From positions 1 to 34,318 of the forward strand of contig RCNQ01000145.1 of assembly GCA_003731675.1 (NCBI GenBank): a stretch of DNA of 34,318 nt, in the 5' to 3' direction. The notes beneath the pieces are model-generated. The model saw only the letters and a list, made by a program, of their open reading frames with translations. It made no database searches and was not told the DNA's origin. Shown piece after piece: positions 7,484 to 15,590 of this stretch. The translations under genes were made by a program, and so were the position numbers. The stretch is from Bacteroidetes/Chlorobi group bacterium ChocPot_Mid. GTDB taxonomy: Bacteria > Bacteroidota > Ignavibacteria > Kapaibacteriales > UBA2268. How positions within the stretch are numbered: position 1 is the first letter of the stretch; each line of letters begins with the position of its first letter.

Positions 7484-9397
7484 TTATTTATCAAACCTGT
7501 TTGGTAAAACAACCCATTTATTATTTTCAAATTTTTCAAATAATTTTCTTTCGTAGATAAACTTCTGTACTTCAAAATGGCATTTTGAGCATTTTGTTAG
7601 ATTCGGATTATTAATTTTAATAAGAGAATCAGTTTTTAATTTTTCCTCATGACAACCAATACACATTTTGTGCAAAGCATCTGTATATGATAAAGTGATA
7701 TATGACTTAATTTCTTTTATTTTTGAATCTGAAGGGATAAGTTGCTTATGACATTTCTCGCATTTTTTAACTGCAAGATTTTTATTTTGAGAACTTTCGG
7801 ATTTTATATTTCTGAATTCAAATCCCTTACTAATATTTTTATTGTGACATTCAAAGCAGGACAAGTTTGCTCCTTGAGATGAACTATGCCAGTTATGTCT
7901 GAAAGCATCACCTTCCTGATACATATAACTGTGGCATTCATAACATCCTGTCGCTTTATCTCCAGGTTTATTCATGTGATGACATTGACCACAACTTATG
8001 CCCTTTTGCTGATGAAAAACATGTTTAAACGCAACACCATAGTTATTCCTGTTACCATCAATGAGCAGTGTATCTGCGCCTCTTGCCTTACTTACTTCAG
8101 TGCTGTCAATTCCCTTCTTCTCAAGTTTTGTCCCTGATATCAACGCAAAGCTCAAAGCAAATGCAAGAACAAACATAAACGAAAATTTTGTTCTGTTAAC
8201 AACTTTGGTCGGTCCCAAATAAATATTGAAAGAATTAAATTTCGGTTTAACTTTTGCAGGAGCATCAGGGTCTTCCGGAGTATGCTCCCATACTTTGAAA
8301 TTTTCGATAAAGAAGAAAAACGCCAACATTGCAAGCGATACTACTCCTGCAGAAATAAATATCTCCATCCATGATGGAAAATAAAATTTACCTATTTCTG
8401 AAAGATTATTTAGATGTGTTAATCCACCAACATTTAACCTGTTAAATACAATTCCGGTTACTCCAGAGAGTGCCGCTATGTAAAGAAAATTGATACTCCT
8501 GGATAATTTGGGGACAGATAGAATTATTAAAGGAATAATCACAGAAATGAAAATTTCCATCCAGAACAAATATGTGCCCCAAGCATTATCATACAAGAAA
8601 ATTCCTGCTCCTCTGAAAATTATGTCTCCAAATCTAAATGCAGAATAAATTCCAATCATCCACAGAGCATACTTTCTCAGCTTTATTAAAATATGATTTT
8701 CAGGTTCTCTCTTATATAGCCAGCTTGTCGTCATGCTTTCAACCATAACCATCATTAAACCAAGATAGATAGCAGAGATAAAGAAAATCAATGGAATTAT
8801 AGGTGAATACCATAATGGATGTAATCTGTAAGGCATTGCTAAAAACAAACTACCTAAAGAAGATTGATGCAACGTTGAGAGCATAATTCCCAAGATAACT
8901 AAAGGTATTCTGATTTTAAATAATACCTTATGAATTTTAGCCAACAATGGGATATTTGGATATTTTTCAAGAACAACTGGTGTAAATTCCAATGTCAGTA
9001 CAGTTAAATAAAGCATTACACACCAGCCAACTTCAAACAAAGGTGAATGAGGATTCCAATAAATAATCAAATGCCAAATATTCCACGGTAGTCCAAGGTC
9101 AAACAACAAACCAACGGCAACAGCAACGTAGCCCAAAAAAGCTGTTAAAATAGCCGCTCTTGATATAGGATGTAACTCCTTCTTCCCAAAAATATAATTA
9201 AATGCCGCTATTACAAATCCGCCTGCTGCAAGAGCAACTCCACCCATAACATCAAACCCAATCCAAAAACCCCACGGGGAATTATCTGTAAGGTTTGTTG
9301 TTACTCCTAATCCATAAATAAATCTTGTAACAGCAACAGCAGATGCAACCCCAAGAATTATCCATAATACAAGTTTTGCCTTACTTATTCTATTCAT
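7484..9397 (-). CDS. NrfD/PsrC/HmcC/DsrP-family integral membrane quinone-interacting subunit fused to a C-terminal hexahaem cytochrome c3-like domain
   Basis: The N-terminal ~400 aa are polytopic with the NrfD-type motif SPWGFWIGFDVMGGVALAAGGF. After an extra TM helix (FSFMFVLAFALSFALISG) there are six CXXCH motifs (CGQCHH, CYECH, CFECH, CEKCH, CIGCH, CSKCH). The first sits in a c3-type context, FKHVFHQQKGISCGQCHH. I prefer the start at ATG 9397 (MNRISKAK...), which has GGGAGG 6-7 nt upstream, over the ORF-track start at 9421. Confidence 0.8.
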   Translation of the reverse strand: MNRISKAKLVLWIILGVASAVAVTRFIYGLGVTTNLTDNSPWGFWIGFDVMGGVALAAGGFVIAAFNYIFGKKELHPISRAAILTAFLGYVAVAVGLLFDLGLPWNIWHLIIYWNPHSPLFEVGWCVMLYLTVLTLEFTPVVLEKYPNIPLLAKIHKVLFKIRIPLVILGIMLSTLHQSSLGSLFLAMPYRLHPLWYSPIIPLIFFISAIYLGLMMVMVESMTTSWLYKREPENHILIKLRKYALWMIGIYSAFRFGDIIFRGAGIFLYDNAWGTYLFWMEIFISVIIPLIILSVPKLSRSINFLYIAALSGVTGIVFNRLNVGGLTHLNNLSEIGKFYFPSWMEIFISAGVVSLAMLAFFFFIENFKVWEHTPEDPDAPAKVKPKFNSFNIYLGPTKVVNRTKFSFMFVLAFALSFALISGTKLEKKGIDSTEVSKARGADTLLIDGNRNNYGVAFKHVFHQQKGISCGQCHHMNKPGDKATGCYECHSYMYQEGDAFRHNWHSSSQGANLSCFECHNKNISKGFEFRNIKSESSQNKNLAVKKCEKCHKQLIPSDSKIKEIKSYITLSYTDALHKMCIGCHEEKLKTDSLIKINNPNLTKCSKCHFEVQKFIYERKLFEKFENNKWVVLPNRFDK

Positions 9398-10232
9398 TTT
9401 TACCTCCCTCTTCCAAGTCATTCATATCTGGTTTTGGATTATCCGAACTTTTTTTCTCTTCCTGTTCCTGACGTCTTTTTATTACCCAATAAGTGCCTGT
9501 CATTACTGCTCCCATTCCCAAGAAAGCGAAAGGTACTGCTCCCATTGCCCATTTGGTTGTATTTGGTAATGGTTCATTTATATCAGGATTACCAACTAAA
9601 TTTCTTCCTTTATCGAGTCTGTGATTATAATAGAATAAAAAGTCGAGAGGACAATCCTTAGAAGTTATATATAAGACATTTGTTCCACCAACTTCTTTTT
9701 CACCATAAATATGGTTCATATATTTTTGTGGTTCATTCGCTATTCTCCTCTTTGCTTCAGCCAGTAACTCATTTCTTTCACCAAATATTGTTGCTCCCGT
9801 AGGACAAGCTGAAGTACATGCTGGTTCTTTTATTTTCCCTTCCTTAATATTATAATAACAAAGAATACATTTTTTTATATAAGGGACAGCATTTTCCCAA
9901 TCATATCTTGGAATACCAAAAGGACAAGCCATCATGCAATACCTGCAACCAAGACATTTCTCCTTATCATAAATCACAGCTCCCATCTCGGTTTTATGCA
10001 AAGCACCGACAGGACATACCGAAGCACAAGCAGGTTCAACGCAATGTCTGCATTGTTTCCTGACAAAATATTTTTGATTAGATAACACGGAAGTCCAGTT
10101 GTTGGCAGATAGTCCGTCATTTTTCTGCCATTCCCTTGGCTTATCGGGAGGTAAATTATTGATTACTTTGCATGCATTAACACATTCAGCACAACCGATG
10201 CATTTTGTTATATCTGTTAATATTGCTTTCAT
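9390..10232 (-). CDS. Four-cluster [4Fe-4S] ferredoxin subunit (PsrB/NrfC/HmcB/DsrO family) with a C-terminal TM anchor and no N-terminal signal peptide
   Basis: Four Cys clusters: CIGCAECVNAC, CRHCVEPACASVCP, CLGCRYCMMACP and CILC...CTSACP. C-terminal helix AMGAVPFAFLGMGAVMTGTYWVI is followed by KRR. The N-terminus starts directly at MKAILTDITKCIGC, with no twin-arginine motif. ATGA overlap with the upstream gene. Confidence 0.8.
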   Translation of the reverse strand: MKAILTDITKCIGCAECVNACKVINNLPPDKPREWQKNDGLSANNWTSVLSNQKYFVRKQCRHCVEPACASVCPVGALHKTEMGAVIYDKEKCLGCRYCMMACPFGIPRYDWENAVPYIKKCILCYYNIKEGKIKEPACTSACPTGATIFGERNELLAEAKRRIANEPQKYMNHIYGEKEVGGTNVLYITSKDCPLDFLFYYNHRLDKGRNLVGNPDINEPLPNTTKWAMGAVPFAFLGMGAVMTGTYWVIKRRQEQEEKKSSDNPKPDMNDLEEGGKNE

Positions 10233-10942
10233 ATCGGTTCTCCTTCCTTGCCTAAAGCAATTGTTACTTCTTCTGGTGAATCAGGTGCAAATTTCCAGCT
10301 TCTCGCTGTTATCCATTGACTAATCGGCATCAAAATACAATGAGCAATTTTTGTAAAAGGTAATAGTACAAAAATCAACTCTCCACTCAATATATGTGCT
10401 AACAAAAATGCTTTGTAAGAGTCTGGATTCAATACTGAATTTCCACAAATAAATCCTGAAATGAAAGGGATAATTAGAAGAATAGGCCAAATAAAATCTT
10501 GTTTTCGGCTAATACTCCTCGATGCTCTATTCGAAACTCTCAAAACTAATATAATCAACCCAAAAACAATCGTAAGCAAGGTCAACCAATCAGCCAAACT
10601 CTTAGACAAAGTCAGCCCAAGCCAACTTACACCAATTGAATTTTCAAATAACAGAGCATGGTCAAACAATAAAATAGGGGTAAAAAGTAAACCGAAATGA
10701 AATATTATTGAAACCACACTATACAACGGTTTCACTCTTAGCGACCTTATTGGAAAAACGAATCCGAAAGTCAGTTTCATTACATAATTCATTGGTAATT
10801 TTTTTTCTCTTGATTTACCTTTTGCTTCAAAACCGTTGATAATTGAAAGAATCAACACTCTTGCCAATCCAAGTAGCATAATTGCAAATGTAAATCTAAA
10901 CAGAGGTCCTTTTGCAAATTCTAACCAAGCATCCATATACAT
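10229..10942 (-). CDS. NarI/DsrM/HmcE-like membrane b-cytochrome subunit
   Basis: 237 aa with about 5 TM helices and conserved His in the helices (IIFHFGLLF, FDHALLF, LLAHILSG, KIAHCIL). Its position next to a CCG-domain Fe-S protein is typical of DsrMK/HmcEF-type modules. Confidence 0.65.
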   Translation of the reverse strand: MYMDAWLEFAKGPLFRFTFAIMLLGLARVLILSIINGFEAKGKSREKKLPMNYVMKLTFGFVFPIRSLRVKPLYSVVSIIFHFGLLFTPILLFDHALLFENSIGVSWLGLTLSKSLADWLTLLTIVFGLIILVLRVSNRASRSISRKQDFIWPILLIIPFISGFICGNSVLNPDSYKAFLLAHILSGELIFVLLPFTKIAHCILMPISQWITARSWKFAPDSPEEVTIALGKEGEPI

Positions 10943-11004
10943 TCCCTTACTTTATTTTTTATTTATCTTTGTTTTTCAAACTATTTCAATCATTTCTGTA
11001 ACAA

Positions 11005-12384
11005 TTATTTATCAAAAATAATTGCTTTTAAAATTAAGTCATGCAAACCAACTAACTCACCATCAACTTTATTGTCTTCCATTAATTCTCTGAATTGCTT
11101 CTTGCAATTAGCACATGGAGCAACTACCCAATGGGCTCCTGTATCGATTATTTGTTGTGCTTTTCTTCTTCCACCTACAGAAGTTCTATATTTTCTTATT
11201 TCATCAATAGAAACAGTGCCACCTCCACCTCCGCAACAATAATTTTCACTTCTGTTTGGTGTCATTTCAACAAAATCTTTGCAGAAAGATTTCAGAATTT
11301 CTCTCGGTTGCTCGATTATCCTTGATTGTCTTGCTATATTGCACGGGTCGTGGTATGTCACTCTTTCGGTAACCACATTAGGGTCAAGTTTTATCTTGCC
11401 TTCTTTAATTAATTTATGTGTTAATTCAATGCAATGAACAATCTCAGGTGGATTTCCGCCTTCCCAGTAAGTTGGCATAAACCATGCACTTCGTGTTGCG
11501 TGCCCGCATTCACCCATAAGTATTTTCTTACATTTTAGTCTTTTAAATTCTTCTGCAATGACCAAAAGATTTCTTTTTAAAATTGCATCACTGTAAAATA
11601 AACCATAATTTATTGCATCATTTACTTTTGAACTCATTGTCCAGTTTACTCCCCCGGCACTCATAGCACAAGCTATACCCATCAAAGATTCAGCTTCCAT
11701 TAGCCAATCCGAAACCGGAGTAATAAACATATATTCCGCACCTTCAACATCAATAGGAAATTTAACATCAACTCCATGCATTTCTTTAATTTCTTCTTCC
11801 AGGAATTCTATTGAATCAGCCATACCAATCCACGGAATAGCAGATGTGTTCCTTGTCTTGCCTTCTAACTGTTCTCGTGTGGATATTAATAATGCTCTTG
11901 GCACCAAATCCATTTCAGCCATTATATAGCGTGCAAGATGTGTTAATAAACCATGGTCTATACCCATAGGACATTCCAAAACGCATTTTCTGCAAGCAGT
12001 ACATTTCCAAAAAGATTCTGCCATCTCATCAATATCTTCTTCTTTGAGTTCATAGCCACCGAATAATCTTCCGTATATTGAACCTTCAAGAGAAAAATAT
12101 CTTCTGTAAATTCTCAATAAAAGTTCCGAACGATAACATGGTATATCCTTAGGGTCTTGAGTTACCTGATAAATATGGCAGGCAACACTACATCTTGAAC
12201 ATTTTGCAGATATTTTTACATATTGCTCTAAGATTGGTCTGTAGTTTGAATGCTTAAGAATCACTGCAAAAATCTCTAAAAATCTTTTGACCCTATCTCC
12301 TTTCGGTGGTTTTTCAATGATATATTTCATTTCAGGAGTTGTTTTACCTTCTGCTTTATTCCAAATATTTTTTTCTTTAAACAT
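11005..12384 (-). CDS. HdrD/DsrK/HmcF-like iron-sulfur protein with CCG domains (heterodisulfide-reductase-like catalytic subunit)
   Basis: Ferredoxin-type motifs CSRCSVAC and CTACRKCVLECP. C-terminal CCG-type motifs HDPCNIAR...NYCCGGGGG...APCANCKKQF, and an earlier GECGHATRS-containing repeat. No TM segment or signal peptide. Confidence 0.75.
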   Translation of the reverse strand: MFKEKNIWNKAEGKTTPEMKYIIEKPPKGDRVKRFLEIFAVILKHSNYRPILEQYVKISAKCSRCSVACHIYQVTQDPKDIPCYRSELLLRIYRRYFSLEGSIYGRLFGGYELKEEDIDEMAESFWKCTACRKCVLECPMGIDHGLLTHLARYIMAEMDLVPRALLISTREQLEGKTRNTSAIPWIGMADSIEFLEEEIKEMHGVDVKFPIDVEGAEYMFITPVSDWLMEAESLMGIACAMSAGGVNWTMSSKVNDAINYGLFYSDAILKRNLLVIAEEFKRLKCKKILMGECGHATRSAWFMPTYWEGGNPPEIVHCIELTHKLIKEGKIKLDPNVVTERVTYHDPCNIARQSRIIEQPREILKSFCKDFVEMTPNRSENYCCGGGGGTVSIDEIRKYRTSVGGRRKAQQIIDTGAHWVVAPCANCKKQFRELMEDNKVDGELVGLHDLILKAIIFDK

Positions 12385-12810
12385 AGAGTACCATTTATTT
12401 TGTTTTACATCTTATTCTTAATTCTACACAAGTATTTGAAATTATATTTTTCAATGCTTGAATTTATCTTAAATATTTTCAAACAAATTTATCATAGATT
12501 TTTTTTATATAAGCATTTAAAAACGAAAAAATAAAATTATGTACTCTATGTGTAGCAGATATAAGTAATATATTTATTAAGTATTTGCTAAATAATGAAT
12601 ATGATTTAATCATATTTCCAAACATAAAATTTTGATTTGAAAATTATGTTTCAATGACTTACTAAGATATTTATGAATATCTGTTCATTTTACTGTACAT
12701 TGAATAACCATATTTTAATGATAAATACTTTAAATCTGTCAAAAAAAGAAGATGTTAATAATAATCATCAGAATTTATTAAATTGTATTTATTAATTTGA
12801 TTGAAAAATT

Positions 12811-14607
12811 ATGAAAAAAGAAATCTCTAAATATATTGCAAATAATTTGTTCGATTTAGTACCTTATAATATTGCTATAATCGACAGAGAACATAATATC
12901 ATTGAAGCCAATAAAAACTTCCGTGAGTATTTTGGTAAAGAAGAAAAAAAGAAATGCTACGAAGTTTATAAAAACCATGGTAAGAAATGTCTCCATTGCC
13001 AAATAGACAGAGTTTTTGATTTTGGTGAAACTGTTGTTTCCAATGAATCAGGTATTGACAAAAATGGCAGAACATGTCATTACATCGTACACCTCGCACC
13101 CATAAGAAACGATAAAAATGAAATCAATTATGTCATTGAAATGTCGGTTGATATTACTGATACAACAAAGTTTCAGGAACAGTATAATCTGCTATTTGAA
13201 AAGGTTCCAAGTTATCTTACTATCATTGACAAGGATTTCAGAATTGTTCGTGCCAATAAAAAATTCCGTGATACTTTCGGTGACAGCAAAGGGAAAAAAT
13301 GTTATGAAGTTTATAAAAAGAGAAAAAGAAAATGCAGATATTGCCCTGCTTCACAAACTTTTAAAGATGGGGAGGAGCATATTTCAGCTGAAGTCGGAAA
13401 ATCTTTTTTAGGTACAGAAACACATTACATTGTCAACACTACTCCTCTTTCGACTACAAGAGAAGGTGTACAGTTGGTTATGGAAATTGCTACAGATATT
13501 TCCGAGCTACATCAATTAGAAGAACAATTACGCAAAGCTCATGACTTTTATGCATCATTAATTGAAAATGCAGAGGATGGTATTATTGCAATTAATGAAA
13601 ATAATAAAGTAGAAGTAATGAATCGCTCGGCAAAAAATATACTTGAATGGGAGTCATTTAAAAAACCTGTTATAAGCCAGCTTAAGGAAATGCTACCTGC
13701 TGAATTTTTTGATGACAATGACATTGATTCAAATACTAAACTAAACGAAACCATAATTAGAACAATCAACGGAAAACAAATTCCTGTGAAATTTAATACA
13801 CTTCATTTGTCAAGTAAGAAGAAGTCCATTGGCAAGGTTGCTTTTATACAGGATTTACGTTCAATCATAGAACTTGAAAAACAAAAGCTTGAAGCCGAAA
13901 GATTAGGAGCTGTCGGGCAAACAGTTGCAGGTTTGGCTCATACAATCAAAAATCTTCTTATGGGACTTGAAGGTGGTATGTATATTGTTGATATTGGGCT
14001 TCGCAAAGGTGATGCTTCAAGAATTGTTGAAGGCTGGGAAATCCTACAAAAGAATTTTTATAAAACAACTAATCTTGTAAAAGGTTTCTTATCATTTGCT
14101 AAAGGAAAATTGCCTGCTTTGACACTGACTAATCCCAATAAAATAATCGAAGATATTATTGAATTATATAAAGAAACTGCAAAAAGTCAGAATGTGAATC
14201 TAATCGCAGATTTACAAGATAACATAAAACCTGCCTTGCTTGACCCTGAGGGCATGGAAGCTTGTCTTACAAATTTATTATCGAATGCTATTGACGCCGC
14301 TGTTCTCAGGGAAGATAAAAAAGGTCAGGTTATTCTTAGAACAAGAGATGATGGTGATAATATAATTTTTGAAGTTACAGATAATGGTTCTGGTATGGAA
14401 GCAGAAGTTTTGAAAAATGTTTTTACAACTTTTTTCACAACCAAAGGTTCAAAAGGTACAGGATTAGGTTTACTTACAACAAATAAAATAATTATCGAAC
14501 ATGGTGGTAAAATCGAAGTCGAATCTGATGTAGGAATTGGTTCAACTTTTAAGATAACATTATCAAGAAAAAAACTTGAACTCCTCGCTAAGGAAATTAT
14601 CAAATAA
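12811..14607 (+). CDS. Soluble multi-PAS sensor histidine kinase; the first two PAS domains carry a C-x10-C-x2-C cysteine triad
   Basis: No TM segments. There are three PAS-like units. Cys motifs are KKCYEVYKNHGKKCLHCQ (C49/C60/C63, plus C89 in TCHY) and KKCYEVYKKRKRKCRYCP (C164/C175/C178). H-box GLAHTIKNLL, N-box NLLSNAIDA, G1 DNGSGM, G2 TKGSKGTGLGL. Confidence 0.9.
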   Translation: MKKEISKYIANNLFDLVPYNIAIIDREHNIIEANKNFREYFGKEEKKKCYEVYKNHGKKCLHCQIDRVFDFGETVVSNESGIDKNGRTCHYIVHLAPIRNDKNEINYVIEMSVDITDTTKFQEQYNLLFEKVPSYLTIIDKDFRIVRANKKFRDTFGDSKGKKCYEVYKKRKRKCRYCPASQTFKDGEEHISAEVGKSFLGTETHYIVNTTPLSTTREGVQLVMEIATDISELHQLEEQLRKAHDFYASLIENAEDGIIAINENNKVEVMNRSAKNILEWESFKKPVISQLKEMLPAEFFDDNDIDSNTKLNETIIRTINGKQIPVKFNTLHLSSKKKSIGKVAFIQDLRSIIELEKQKLEAERLGAVGQTVAGLAHTIKNLLMGLEGGMYIVDIGLRKGDASRIVEGWEILQKNFYKTTNLVKGFLSFAKGKLPALTLTNPNKIIEDIIELYKETAKSQNVNLIADLQDNIKPALLDPEGMEACLTNLLSNAIDAAVLREDKKGQVILRTRDDGDNIIFEVTDNGSGMEAEVLKNVFTTFFTTKGSKGTGLGLLTTNKIIIEHGGKIEVESDVGIGSTFKITLSRKKLELLAKEIIK

Positions 14608-14626
14608 TATAAATAGGAGAGATGCA

Positions 14627-15163
14627 ATGAATAAAAATTATGAAAAAAAAGTTCTTGTTGTAGATGATGAAGCTGACGTTAGAAACTATTTAAGTTCAGC
14701 TTTAAAGGAATACGGCTTCAACGTTGAGACTGCAAGTGATGGTTTTGAAGCACTTGAATCTATTAAAAAGGAGATTCCCGATTTAATTTCGCTTGACTTA
14801 GTAATGCCAAAGCACTCTGGTATAAAATTTTACAGAGATTTACAGAAAAACAAAGAATGGGCTAAAATACCTGTACTGATTGTTACCGGACATGCAAGAG
14901 ATGATTTAGGCAAAGTTGATTTTGATACAATGATGATGCAAGGTCCCGGAGTTTACCTCGAAAAACCTGTGAAACCAGAAAACTATATCGAAACTGTTTG
15001 CCAGTTGCTGAATATTGAGATACCTGATGAACTAAAAAACAGAGAAAAGAGTATTGACACAGATGAACTTAGGTCTAAACTTGCTCAAACTCTGGCTGGA
15101 GCCGATGCGGATACTTTAAAAAAAGCTCTGGAATTGCTGGATAAAAAAAATGAGAAACAATAG
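14627..15163 (+). CDS. Single-domain (receiver-only) response regulator with a ~55-aa helical, acidic C-terminal tail
   Basis: VLVVDDEADV...LISLDLVMP...VTGH...YLEKPV are the receiver signature residues. There is no DNA-binding or enzymatic output domain. I prefer the start at ATG 14627, with AGGAGA at 14615-14620, over the ORF-track start at 14576, which overlaps the kinase. Confidence 0.85.
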   Translation: MNKNYEKKVLVVDDEADVRNYLSSALKEYGFNVETASDGFEALESIKKEIPDLISLDLVMPKHSGIKFYRDLQKNKEWAKIPVLIVTGHARDDLGKVDFDTMMMQGPGVYLEKPVKPENYIETVCQLLNIEIPDELKNREKSIDTDELRSKLAQTLAGADADTLKKALELLDKKNEKQ

Positions 15164-15184
15164 CTTTAAAATAATTAACCAAAA

Positions 15185-15562
15185 ATGAACAAAAAAATTT
15201 TAATTGTTGATGACGAACCAGATGTTGTTTCGTACCTTAACGCTTTTTTAAACGATAATGGATTCGATACAATCTCTGCAAAAAATGGAAAAGAATGTTT
15301 TGCAATCGCAAAATCTGAAAAACCAGATTTAATCACACTCGATATTACAATGCCTGAAGAATCCGGAGTTAGAGCATTTCGCAATTTAAAGGAATGCAAA
15401 GAAACAAAAAATATACCTGTCATTATTATTACTGGTGTTACAACTGATTTTCAGGAATTTTTAGGGTCAAGGAAGAATATCGAACCACCTGCGGCTTACT
15501 TCGAAAAGCCAATAGATAGAAATGATTTCTTGAAAAAAGTGTTGGAAATATTCAAATTATAA
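15185..15562 (+). CDS. CheY-like receiver-only response regulator
   Basis: 125 aa with ILIVDDEPDV...LITLDITMP...ITGV...YFEKPI. It is a paralogue of the preceding receiver. Confidence 0.9.
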   Translation: MNKKILIVDDEPDVVSYLNAFLNDNGFDTISAKNGKECFAIAKSEKPDLITLDITMPEESGVRAFRNLKECKETKNIPVIIITGVTTDFQEFLGSRKNIEPPAAYFEKPIDRNDFLKKVLEIFKL

Positions 15563-15590
15563 CACTTGAGATATTTTTTCAAAATTAATT

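Noticed and set aside
9398-9421. The ORF-track start at 9421 for the NrfD-cytochrome gene.
   Set aside because: ATG 9397 has a GGGAGG Shine-Dalgarno 6-7 nt upstream and reduces the overlap with the ferredoxin gene from 32 nt to 8 nt. The difference is only 8 codons.
12385-12810. The long AT-rich intergenic region as a decayed mobile element, CRISPR leader or array, or structured ncRNA.
   Set aside because: It has no direct repeats with regular spacing, no terminal inverted repeats flanking a transposase remnant, and no GC-rich helices. The only structure seen is short A/T palindromes, which fit a promoter or operator region better.
12955-13344. The Cys motifs in the PAS domains as c-type haem attachment sites, as in Geobacter periplasmic PAS sensors.
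   Set aside because: The motifs read CLHCQ and CRYCP, not CXXCH. The kinase also has no signal peptide or TM segment, so it cannot access the periplasmic haem-maturation machinery.
14576-14626. The longer ORF-track start (14576) for the first response regulator.
   Set aside because: It would overlap the kinase by 32 nt and add a non-receiver leader. ATG 14627 is preceded by AGGAGA at ideal spacing and starts right before the VLVVDDE receiver core.
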